From Vicugna vicugna (taxonomy: Eukaryota): 64,000 bases of DNA. Shown in pieces: positions 49,371-60,629 of this stretch; positions within the stretch are counted from its first letter, which is position 1; the number at the start of each line of letters is the position of its first letter. The stretch lies in the NCBI GenBank assembly GCA_013265495.1, contig MU058198.1:5905779-5969778 (forward strand). Reading direction: 5' to 3'. The notes under the pieces were generated by a model. It worked only from the letters and a program-made list of their open reading frames with translations, was not told the DNA's origin and made no database searches. The position numbers and the translations under genes are program-made.

Positions 49371-51518
49371 AAGACTCCTCCCATCCCAAGGAAGGACCAC
49401 ATTCAAAGGGGCCAGAGGACCGGGCTCCATCATGTCTCGTGAATGACCTTGGGCAAAACATTTGCTGTCTCCGAGCCTCAGTTTCCTCTTCTGTAAAGTG
49501 GAGGCAGGACTCAGCCTCTCAGCTCGCGATGGGGATGAAAAGGGAGGATGAAGACCAGACATTAGATGTGAGTGGGCTTCTCCGCCATTCCCTTCAGCCA
49601 GCCTGAGTGTCACATGAGGGAAGGGCTGTGGTCCCAGCCCTTCTCTAGTTTCCTCCCAGAGAGATAAACCAAGCTGACATTGCCCTGTGTGAGGATTTAA
49701 AAAACCCGAGAACCCCAGCTTCCCAACCTTTCCCCATTCATTACCACAAGGTCTTAGCCTCCGATGCTGTCTGGGTGTCCCGGACGATCTACTTTGGTAA
49801 GGAAAGAGAGGATGCCAATCAGCCCCCACCCTTCACTTTACCCCTGGGGAAACAGAGGCCCAGAGGTGCATCACCTGCAGTCCGTGCCTCCCACTCCACA
49901 TCCCTGGCTCCTTTGGGCCTCCTGTCGGAGGGAGAGCCTCTCCTTTCCCCCTCCTCCCACTCATCTGGGGACTTGGTTGGCCTTCGGCTGCCGCTGGCAC
50001 CAGGTGCAGGAGAGCCGTTCACAGCCGACCTCAGTTGCAATTGCCCCAGATGCACCATCAAAACCCGGAACTGGTCTTCTGTGGGTGATGGTGGAGTGAG
50101 CACGTGTACTTCCCCTCTGGGGAGCACATGACCGAGAGCAAAGGAGTAAGAAGTATAAACTCTCCACGACGCAGGGACAGAGAGGGGGGTCACCTGCAGT
50201 CAGAAAACATCAACTTGTGAGTGGAAAACAAGATGTCAAGTCTTTGCTCAAACGGCACCTTCTAAAAACAGCAGCTAGTTTTACTCTTTTCCGTGACACT
50301 TACTATGCCCTCATACATGTCTTTTACGTATTGTATTTACTGCCTGTCCCACTAGCACAGGGATTTTTTCTGTTTTGTCCACTGCTAGGTCTGAGAGCCT
50401 AGAGTACTGCCTGACACATAGCAGGTGCCCAACAAATACTGAATGGATGAATAGATGGATCAGTCAGTCAGTCAGTCAGAGGCAGGGCGGTGACTGACAG
50501 AGCAGTGGGCAGAGACGAGGGAGGGGACTGAGCCCAGAAGGGACCCTCCTGCCCCTTGACTTGGAAATGCCCCACAATGGGACATGACGGTGAAGACAGG
50601 GGCCCCCTTGGAAGTCTGTGAATGGAGCCAAAGACCTCCCCTCCCCGTTGCTCACACCACAGGACAGCTAATGGTCATCCTCCATCCCTTGTGGCAACAG
50701 ATGGGAGGGTTTTTCTTTTAAAAATTGATGGCTCCAGAGAAGAAACTACTGCATTCTGCAGCTTTGGAGGTCTCTTGGCATCATGCTGGCTCCCCACCCC
50801 AAAGCAAACTCTATCCCTGGAGAGCAGTGTTGAGGGGGAAAGGCTTTGAGGCTGGACGACCTGAAATGGGAAGTCAGCAGATCCACTTACTAGCTTCCAG
50901 CTTGTGGAAATGCTTTTTAACCTCCTTGGGCCTCAGTTTCCTCATACGTGAAATGGGTCTACTGGTTAGACATACTTCTTAGCTTGTGGGACCAGAAGTT
51001 ATTATGTGTAAAGTGCCAAAAGCAGTGTCTGGCACATTGCAAGTGCTCAGAAAATGTTATGTTATCATCATTTTTGTGAACAAATCACCACCTGCCCCAG
51101 CAAGCTTTTATGATCTCAACCTTGAATGTGGATGGACAAGCTACAAGCACCTGGAGACTCAGATGAACCAGCAAGAGACAGACACATTGGGCTGCTGATG
51201 CCACCTGCTGGTGACCAGTGGAACCTGGCTGAAGAGTTGGCAGAAGGCATTAGCCCTGCGCTGGGCCAGGTGCTGCCTGACACCTGTCAAGGGATGGGCT
51301 GGGGCCATCCCAGCAGGAAGAAGGGCTTTCCAGGCAGTGGCAGGCCGCTCCTGAGGCTGGAAGATGGGGGGGTGGCCCTGCTCGGCCGTGAGGCCCTCCT
51401 TCTTCCTCTGGTTTTACTGGAAACATCTATTCCTGACTGTTCGTAGCTGAAAACAAGGAGCCTCCAGGGGACCAAAGGTTCTTTAGGAAATACACAAAAC
51501 TAAATGCACTGACTTCGC

Positions 51519-51524
51519 TTTAAT
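51519..51524 (-). terminator. GTF3C1: GTF3C1 polyadenylation signal ATTAAA
   Basis: ATTAAA on - with a U-rich upstream run and a GU-rich downstream element (GTTTTGTGTATTT, ~51488-51500). Confidence 0.75.
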
Positions 51525-52283
51525 TAAAAAATAAATAAATACATGCCAGGGGATTTTTTTTCAATGAGGAAAGAGGCTGAAGGAACAAAACCCCAAACCC
51601 ACAGGGACCTCTCTTGTTTCTAGCGGCCCCTTTGCTAGAGGCCTGCAGGCAGCGTGCAGGCTCAGCCGCAGTCCCGCTCTGTGACAGGTCCCCGTAAGGC
51701 CCTGCCCCTCAGGCCATGGGGCTTCCCGGGAGCAGGGGGAGTCTGCCATGGTGGCTGGAATCTGGAAGGTGAGGTCTGCGTGGATGGGGCAGAGCCCCCC
51801 AGCCCCGAGGTCCCGACCCCTCACTGGCCAGCAGATGTCCATCCAGAAGGCTCCAGGCCTGGGCAGGTGGCTCTGCTCCCAAATGGCAGCCTCACCTTGG
51901 AGGTCCTTGGAGGATGAGCCCGCCAGGGCCTATCATACTCACCATAGCCCAGGTTCTAGAGAGATCGGCAGGCAGCTCAGCTGAGGCTCCGGAAACAGGA
52001 GGAGAGTGGGCGGAGACCAGCGTTTCCAGCCGCGGCTCCCCCGCGACTCCCGGGTGACGATGCACAGTCCTCAGGGTCCTTAAGGCCAGCCCGGGAAGGA
52101 CCTGGGAGCAGGCGGGCAGGTGGCCCTCCTGCCAGAGTTCCAGGCCTGGAAACCACAGCTGGGGCTGGGGCCAGGTACACACAGCCCCCGAGCAGCAGGC
52201 GGGTGCAGGGGCCTCGGCACCCCGACCTCGCCAGGCTGACCCCACACACAGTGGGACAGGAGGGCCATGGTGACCACGCCGCC

Positions 52284-52496
52284 TCAGAAATGGACCCACT
52301 TGTTCCAGTTGACCTCGTGGGGGAAGACGCAGCCCAAGCGGAGGGTACAGTCTAGTGTGGGCTCGTAGAACACCGTGGGGCTCTCACTCGGTCCGGGGGG
52401 CGCCTCGGCCTCTTCCATCACCGGCTTAGAGAAGAGCGAGACGGCAGCGGGCCTCCTCAGCGAGCACTTTCTAATGCAGCCGAGGAACTCCAGGCC
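52284..52496 (-). CDS. GTF3C1: GTF3C1 last coding exon: [10 protein letters not shown]...[28 protein letters not shown]
   Basis: acag| acceptor, 70 codons plus TGA (52284-52286). Missed by the ORF track. Confidence 0.95.
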   Translation of the reverse strand, partial: GLEFLGCIRKCSLRRPAAVSLFSKPVMEEAEAPPGPSESPTVFYEPTLDCTLRLGCVFPHEVNWNKWVHF

Positions 52497-53417
52497 CTGT
52501 GGATGCCACAGACAGACGGTTTCCAGGTATGCTTACGGACCACGTCCTATACCCCGAGCTGCTTCCCAGAGCAGTGGACACCTGAACTTGGCCTTAAGGG
52601 ACCAGTAGGGACTGACCAGGAGGATTTAGGCAAATGCCCAGAGCAGGAGAGGGAGGTGTGCCCACCATTTATACAACGGCCCTGTGTTGAGCAGGGGTCG
52701 CAGGCCGGCCTCCAGATGACGTGTTGTTTGGCCTAGACCTGCTTTCAAGTGCAGGAAATTTCCCACCGAATTTCCTGTTTCCGCTGCTGCCGCGGAGCCA
52801 GAGCCCCGGGCATACCTGGCCAGAGCGCAGGGTGGCAATCAGGCCAGGCTGGACGCAGCTGCCCTCTAGGGGCGGGGGCACATCTCCAGCTCTCCCCGCC
52901 ATCCATGAGGGCTTGTCCCTCATCTGCTCACCTGCCCCGGCAGGCTCGTGAGGTCGTGAGCCCTGCCTAGGGACAGGGTGAGAGGCATGATCCTGGGAAC
53001 GCTGACAGGTAAGCCTCAGCAGCTGTAAGGGGCTGGGGAAGGATGCTGTGAGCTATGTCCTGGGGCAGCAACCTGGCGCAGGGGTGGGGGGCGCAGGGCT
53101 GGGCACCAGCAGTGCTAAAGGGCAGGGAGGCTGCATGCAGGATGGAAAAAGGTGTGGGGCTCAGCCGGCATGGCTGCCTCCTCCGAGGGCAGTGGGCTGA
53201 CCACTGGATGCAGGGCTGATGGGGGTGGGATGAAGTAGGTAGCGAGGTGGGGGCACCTGGGGCACAAGACTCTTCTGAAGAGCCCAGCTTTCTGCGAGGA
53301 GGCCAGTGCACCCTCATGGGCCGAGCCTGTACCTGGCAGCTGTACCGTAGGACTCGGCACACGCGCCACCCCACCCTCCCACCCCGAGACTCAAGCCCGG
53401 GCCCAGCCCCGCCGCAC

Positions 53418-53610
53418 CTCGAGCAGCTCGAGCACGGCGAGGGGCTGCAGGACGCCCTGGTAGTGCTGCAGCAGACAGCTCTCGGGGACGCCGGGCCGCG
53501 TCATGACGTGGTACAGCAGGGCCTCCATCATGCCCTTGCACACTGGCATGTTCAGGCGGCTGTCCACGATGCGCCATGGGCGCCCGACGAAGCAGACACT
53601 CTCACAGTCC
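53418..53610 (-). CDS. GTF3C1: GTF3C1 penultimate exon: [16 protein letters not shown]...[13 protein letters not shown]
   Basis: gcag| acceptor, |GTGCGG donor, 193 nt. Confidence 0.95.
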
Positions 53611-54400
53611 CTGCGGGGCAGGCACATGGGTGTCAGGCTTGGTCAGGGAGGGAGATGGGAGCCACCTGCTCCCACGTGGCGCCTGGCCCAGGTCGCAGGG
53701 CTGGGAACTGTCTGCCTTCTGCTCTTCCACCTCCCGCTTCCCTCCCATCTGGATGGAGGGGTCTCAACCCCAGGGCCCACCATCACCGGCTCAGGGGAGC
53801 CTGATGGGCTGGCGGCCCCCATATCACCCCCTGCTGGCAGGGAAGGGAGAAGAGCTATGACTTTAGATTTCCCAGCCCCGCCTGGGACCTGGGCCAGTGG
53901 CCACCTTCCCTTCAGGCCAAGGTCTTTACGCAGAAGCTCTACTTCTGTGTTGTATGTGGGGCTTCCAGACACACTTTCCAGAGAACAAAGGTTTCTGCTA
54001 AAAATTAAACCAGTGACTGAGATGTGGGACAGCCACAGACTAGCCAGGCACTTGGCTCTGACTACATGACCGGGCCCTGGGAGGGCCACACCTGAGTCCC
54101 AAGCACACGGCCCTGCTGATCTGAGGGCAATGTACACACACATGGCAGGCGTCCCCTCAACAGAAAACCTCTGTGAAACCCACCGCTCAGATGGACCGGG
54201 CCCGCGACAGCCTAGTGCTTCTGGCCCTCGTCCACCACACGAGGAGAACCTGCCTTGACGAGGAACTCTGTGCCAGACACTGTCTGATACCGTATCTCTG
54301 TGAAAGATGTTCATGGAATAACTAATTCTGGACCTGGGGAACCCCCTCCCTGGGCTCTCACTGCCCCGGCCCCGGCCACCTGAATCTGAATCACACTCAC

Positions 54401-54452
54401 CTTTCCAGTACCGTCTGGGAGCGGCCGCTGGCTGCAGAACCGTCTGTCAGAC
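54401..54452 (-). CDS. GTF3C1: GTF3C1 small exon: (G)LTDGSAASGRSQTVLE(R)
   Basis: tcag| acceptor, |GTGAGT donor, 52 nt. Required to bridge phase 1 to phase 2 between its neighbours. Confidence 0.85.
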
Positions 54453-55079
54453 CTGACGGAGGAGAGGGATGTGAGTGAGGGACAAGGGAGGGGCCTGCCT
54501 CTTCCTCTCCCACTCACTCCACAAGTCCTTCTGGGTCTGGGGATAAAGCCATCCCCTTCCTGAGGGCCTTCATCCCCAGAGTGGCCAGGCCATGGGCCGA
54601 AGCCAGCATGCCCAGAGCACTGGACGGACAGCGGGGTGCAGCGCGGGGGCTGTTCCCAGGGCCAGAGGACCGAGCGAGCACCTGTCTTCCTCCAGAAGCC
54701 CTGACCACAGAGCTGGGCGTGTAAAGTCCTTGGGTGGAAACACCCTAGAGGAAACAAAGGTGCCTTCAGAAAACGCGGGAGAGGCCACTGTGGAGCACCT
54801 CTCCTGAGGAAAGGAAAACAGAGCATCTGTCGATCCCCTAGAAGGCGAGACCCCTCCCATTTATGCCACTGCCTCCTGACACCTGATGCCTCAGGAACAA
54901 CACCGCTTTCTAGAACCTTGTGATTCACAGGTTGGCTTAGGAGTGTCTGAGGCCTCTGCCCTCTGGTGGAAAGACAGTGTAAAGAGGCAGGACCTCTCCC
55001 CTCAAAGTCCAGGCTGTGAGAAGCTCCTCTGTGGCAGCAGGCGGACAGAGGATGGGTGGGTGGGGGACAGGGCTGGTAC

Positions 55080-55635
55080 CTCTGGGGTCTTCAGGGCCCT
55101 CTGGAAGCTGGGCCTGACAGCTCATCTGCTCCTGGCCTGGGGAGCTGGGAACCCCCAAACACTCTGGGTCCTCCTGCCCAGCTTCCGATGCTCCTGGGGG
55201 AGGCTCCCTCATGCCCGGGTCTTCGGGAGCTGCGGGCAGAGCAGGCGCCCGGGTTTCCGGCTCCGCGTCCACTCTGGGCCCAGGGCCGGGGGCTGAGCGC
55301 ACGTCCTGGAGGGTGGGCCTCTTTGCAGGGGGCATCTGGGCGCGCTTGGGGTCGGCCCCCTCACCCTGCCTGGCTGTGTCGGTGCTGGCCCAGCTGGCTC
55401 GCCTCTTGGCAGCCCGGGGGCCCTGAGAAGGTGGTGCCTGCCCCTCAGAAGGGCCGTCCTCGCCGGGGGGCCCCTCTGGGGGCCTGGCCGGGGGGTCTTC
55501 TCTTGCAGGGTCAGCCTCCTCCTCTTTGCCTTTTAGCCGCACCGAGTGCAGGAGCCAGGGATGCGCAGAGGCCATGGTCACCAGGCGAGCGGTGTTGCCA
55601 CCAACTTCCAGCACCTGGTGTTGTTCCAAGAGGTC
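55080..55635 (-). CDS. GTF3C1: GTF3C1 exon: [19 protein letters not shown]... Pro/Glu-rich linker ...EGPEDPR
   Basis: ctag| acceptor, |GTACCA donor, 556 nt, fully open. Confidence 0.92.
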
Positions 55636-56089
55636 CTAGGAAAAGCAGGAGACACAGAGGGTCTGTGGGGGACCCCAGGGTCATCGGGGTTTGCCTCCCC
55701 TGGCTGCAGTGTTCAAGCGCTCTGAGCCGGCGGCCAGCCCAGCTCCACCAGGACAGGTGACTCGAGGGGGAGGCCTGGCTTCCAGCCCTGGGCTGACAAC
55801 CAGCCGGCCACGTGGCCCCAGGCAGTCCTCTCCCTCTCAAGGCTCAGAGTGCCCACTTGTAACAGTCCAGGCGCGTGAAACCACAGCTGTGTCCCTGAGG
55901 CTGATGCAACTTTACAAGTCTCCTCCTGCCTGGCCAGCTCCTCCCATGGACTCAAGACCCTGACTGCGATCAAGTTCTTTTGCAAAAGCCATTATCGTTC
56001 CCCTGTGAAGGACAATGGCCCTTGCACAGCTGTGCCCCATCCAACATCCTTGTTCTATCTAGGAGCTGCACGTGTGCCCCCACCCCCTG

Positions 56090-56172
56090 CCCTTAACAGA
56101 AGCATTGGGGATTGAACCCCAAACCTCATGTATGCCAAGTGTGCTCTCTACCCCTGAGCTATACTCCCTACC
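56090..56172 (-). mobile_element. Short tRNA-derived SINE copy in a GTF3C1 intron
   Basis: On -: GGGAGTATAGCTCAGGGGTAGAG...GGGGTTCAATCCCCA. Confidence 0.75.
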
Positions 56173-57024
56173 CTCCTTTTTATTTTTATATTAAAAAAGC
56201 TACCAGTCAGGGTACAAGGAATTTGCCTCAGTTCACAGCCTGGAACCAGGACTCACACCCAGGTCATGCAGGTCTGGAAGGGTTTGTTGTGGGCACTCGT
56301 CATCTGGGACCCTGTGCTGGGCACCAGGGCACAGAGGGAGCTGCTGCCTCCTCACTTCTTGTTGGTCAGTGGGATCGGATGCCTCGGCTCCAGCGCTGGG
56401 CCTGAGGAAAGTCCTCACCCCTCTCTGAGGCTTGCCTACCCTCCAGGACTCACCTCCCAGGGCCCCAGAGGCACCGTGAGTTTTAAGAACAATCAAACAC
56501 CATATGAATGGAACTCCACACCCCTCTCATATTTCCTGCATTCCTTTAATAATGACATCAGCCTCCCCCCTCCTCCTCCCTTATGGACACCCCATGGCAG
56601 GCACCCCCACAACATCGCTAACACACAAGAGGGCAAGCCAGGTCCCCAGGCACTTGATCTAAAAGGTCCGACTGTGATTAAATTCTCTGGGTTTAAGGGT
56701 CACTGATGAAAATGGGCCGAGGCAGGTACTGTGGTGAGTACCGTGGGCTGGGTACAGGGAGCCACAGACATAGCAGAGAGCTGGGGTGGACAAGACCCAT
56801 GGCTTGGAGGGGTCCAGCCAACTGTGCTGACGGAACAGGGCCCAGAGTGGCCAGATATTCTAACATTCAGGAGGAGCTGGGTTTTAGGCAGTGCTGACAA
56901 CAAATTCAACTTTTGAAACAATTCCACCACATGCCTCAGACCAAGTCCATCCACAGGGTGCATCTGGCCCATGAGTTGCAACTTCTGCTTTCATGACCTC
57001 AGGCTCCCCGGGAGCATAGCTCAC

Positions 57025-57302
57025 CTGGACGTAGTCTGTGAAGGTCCTGGTGCGCTCACCATCTGTCCTTTCCAAGGTGGAGAACCGTCTGCTTAGCTCT
57101 ATCTTGTCCACCCCAAAGCAACCGGCCGCTGCAATGGCCCCCTGGACCTCCAGGGCAGCGGACACGTCTCCAGGTTTGTACCCAGACAGCGCCACCTGGC
57201 GGGCAAACTCTTCCAAGCTGCAGGTGTCCTGGCTGTTTATCAGCCTGGTGAACGTGTTAGGGAGGTAGGCGGTCCCCACCGTCAGCTCTTTCAGAGACGT
57301 GG
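57025..57302 (-). CDS. GTF3C1: GTF3C1 exon: [17 protein letters not shown]...AAGCFGVDK...[10 protein letters not shown]
   Basis: gcag| acceptor, |GTGAGC donor, 278 nt. Confidence 0.93.
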
Positions 57303-58348
57303 CTGCGGAGACCAGGAAGACCAGAATCAGCCCTGACAGGAGCCCCTCCCCAGCCCCGTGTACAGGTGATAGCGAGGCAGGCCATGCTCCAGCCCCGACT
57401 CACAGCTCCCCACACGGCCAGGGGTCACCTTCCGGGTGGACACGGTCGGGCCCCTGGCAATTGGGTTCCTGATATGAGCCCCTGGGTCCCTGATTGCAGA
57501 CAACTGGGCTGAGTTCTGAGGGCCAATATGATTCTTTTGCCTGAGACTCCCACTGAAGGGTGAAAAGTGGGGCTGGGGCCTGAGAACCACAGCCCTGCAG
57601 CTATGGACGGAGGAGGTCCTCAACTCCGGCTGCCCTGGCCCCACCCTCTCTAACATTCACGAGGTCACCACTCCTCAGACCCTGTGAGACAGCCAGGATA
57701 TATTTCCATTTTGCTCACACCAGCCAGGGCTGGTCTGTTGCTTCCTGGCCAAGGTGTCTCTGCTAAGACCACAGTCTACAGATTATCACATTTTCGCCCG
57801 GCCCAAGCTCCCGACCCAGCACAGAACACTGACTGTGGTTGTGAAAGTAGCACCCTCCATCTCAACACATGACAGTAAAGACAAGTCAGATGGAGGCAGG
57901 AAAAGGGTGGGAAGGAGGGAGAGGAGTGTAGGACGAGGCCCTAGGATCCTCACTCTGTGGAGGGAGAAGAGACTGCCAGAAACCGGAAACCCAGAATCGA
58001 GGGTGTGGGAGACGGAGGGTGAGGAAGTCATTAACGTTGCAAAGATAATCAAGAGAAGAACTCGAAAAAGCCAAAGACTGGAAGTAAAGGAGGCGAGAGA
58101 TAATGAAGCAAGCTGAGTGCTCATCTTTCATAGAAAGGGCAAGATAACACTAAAAAGAAAAGGACTGTGGTGAGTTCTAACTACACAGAGGGCACAGCCT
58201 GGGGCTCCCCAAGCAAGCGGGCAACTCAGGACATGTGTCCCCCGCAACCCGTGGTGGCTGCGAAGGACGGGAGGGGTTTTCCTTTGTTTTGGCCCCACAG
58301 TCGTTGCCCTTCAGAGCCGGGGCCCCAGGGAGGCAGGGTGGCTCTCAC

Positions 58349-58608
58349 CGATGGGCTCCAGCTGGGTGGGCACGGGCGTGCAGCGCAGCCGGAACTTGAC
58401 CTGGCAGGAGTTCACCACAATGTTGTCGTTGGGGTTGAGGTTGCGGGTGCTGACGATGCCGGGGGCGCAGTAGCCCCTCATCAGCAGGTAGTTGGTGTGG
58501 GAGGCCTGGCGAGCTTTCACTTCGATGCTCCGGCGCTTGGCCCCCGAGCCCTCGTCCAAGTCTTCCTCTTCGTCCTCATCCTCTTCCAAGGCGCCGTCCT
58601 TCCCCAGG
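58349..58608 (-). CDS. GTF3C1: GTF3C1 exon: [20 protein letters not shown]...[12 protein letters not shown]...[12 protein letters not shown]
   Basis: ctag| acceptor, |GTGAGA donor, 260 nt. Confidence 0.95.
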
Positions 58609-59261
58609 CTAGGAGTGGAAAATGGACCTGTCTGCTGTCCAGCCATTTGCTCCGTGCACACTGTCCCCCTCGGAGAGCAGCCCTCTGACACTGGACACCC
58701 CCGGCATCTGGCTGTGAGGTCAGCAGAGACTGAGGCTCCAGCTTCATCTCCCTCGTCTGCCTTCCCACACACCCCCTCACCCCGTCCATGCACCTGTGTC
58801 TTTGCATGGGCTGTTCCTTCTGCCTGGAAACCCTTCCTAGTCTCTGTTCAAAAAATGTCTACTTTCCCATTAAGCCCTAATTTGGCTATTATGCCTCCAG
58901 GAACCTTGGTCAATTCCGCCTTCTCTGCTGACCCTCCTGGCCACACTGTCCTGGGTCCATCTCTTTGGCACAGCCAATTCATTCCCTCCTCTGGCTCCCC
59001 CAGAGCCTGGAGGCATCAGCAGAAGGTGTTGCACTGGACTCTGTGCTGGAATCCCCAGTTCACAGATCTGGGAGCTCCTGGAAGGCACAGCTTAGACCCT
59101 GCTGTCTTTGTACAGCAAATGCCCACACAGAGAAGCTCAGCACATGTTTGTTGAATGAAGATCAGATGACCGAGCAAATAAAACTGGAGACGCCACGGCC
59201 TGAGAAGGAGAGACGAGGCCTGACGCCCCAACGGTGCTCCAAGCAGCACCCCAGCTCTTAC

Positions 59262-59549
59262 CTCTTAATGACCTCGTTCTCCACCATTGAACTGTCCACC
59301 ACCACGATCTGCTCTGGGATCTTGACGTCCACAGATATAAGGCCCAGAGAGAAGAGGGTCAGGACGGCCACACAGTGTCCTCCAGGGCCGTCCAAAGAAA
59401 ACGCCACCAGGTCGCCTGTGGAGTCATTACTCTCCTGGTCTTTGAAGGAAAAATGATCGGGCTGGTCTGACTCGCCGGCAGCGCGGATTCTGTCGAAGAA
59501 CTGGAATGATTCTGTGCAGAGGGTGCCGGGAAACCGCCATGTGAAGATC
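59262..59549 (-). CDS. GTF3C1: GTF3C1 exon: [17 protein letters not shown]...[19 protein letters not shown]
   Basis: gtag| acceptor, |GTAAGA donor, 288 nt. Confidence 0.95.
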
Positions 59550-60365
59550 CTACACAATGATACGGGGGGGCCTGAAGATGGGGTGCTGGAGGCCTGGGTG
59601 TGGATCTGCCAAATCTCGCGTCTCCCAGAAGCCCTCTCTTCCATCTCAAATGAAGGCCACACTTGTCTGACTGTGTCTCCCCCTCACCTGAGCGCCTCTG
59701 AGGAGGGGCCGTGTCTTTTTATCCAACCCAATACCCTAGGCCTCGCGGACACTCACTGTCATCCGGGGCCAAATTGGGGGAAGATAAAGTGCTTTTTTGT
59801 AATAATCATCTTTACAGGCCAGCCCTGAACCCGCACTGAGACGAGAGGACGTGCGTGTTCAGTCTCACCATCTCCCAGGTCAAGCCATTCTCTCTGTACA
59901 GAAGTGCGACTTTCCCAACCCTGTAACCTCTTGCCGACATGCTGTAAACTGAGTCTGAAAAGTACAGGACGGCTTCCAAAGGAAGTGTGCGAGCCTGCGA
60001 GGCAGGCGGCCTGGTACAGCTCTGAGCCGTCAGGATTAGGGACCGAGGTTATGCCCAGCTTGGAGGGGCTCCTTTTAGCCGGTTGAATTATTAGAAACCA
60101 ATTTTACACAATTTGATAGGGAAAAGGGCAAAACTACCTGCAAAAATGGTAAATGCCACAAGCATTAACCTTATTCCCATACAGGGAAGGATGGGCGTTG
60201 ATGAGGAAATCGATCCCAGAGGCTGCATCAGAAAGGGGCCGCGAGGGGCCCAGGCTGCCCTGTCTCGGATAGGAGGGACGCCGGTGCCTGTGGCTCCCAC
60301 GCGCTCCTCTCTGCAGACAGGCCCCGCACTCCCCAGCCCAGGCGCAGGCTGCAGAGTGGTGCTCA

Positions 60366-60629
<264 letters not shown>

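Noticed and set aside
53247..59154. Long + strand ORFs (185-234 aa) and the intronic 223/205-aa - strand ORFs
   Set aside because: Antisense shadows of GTF3C1 exons or chance GC-rich frames with no homology signal I can recognise.
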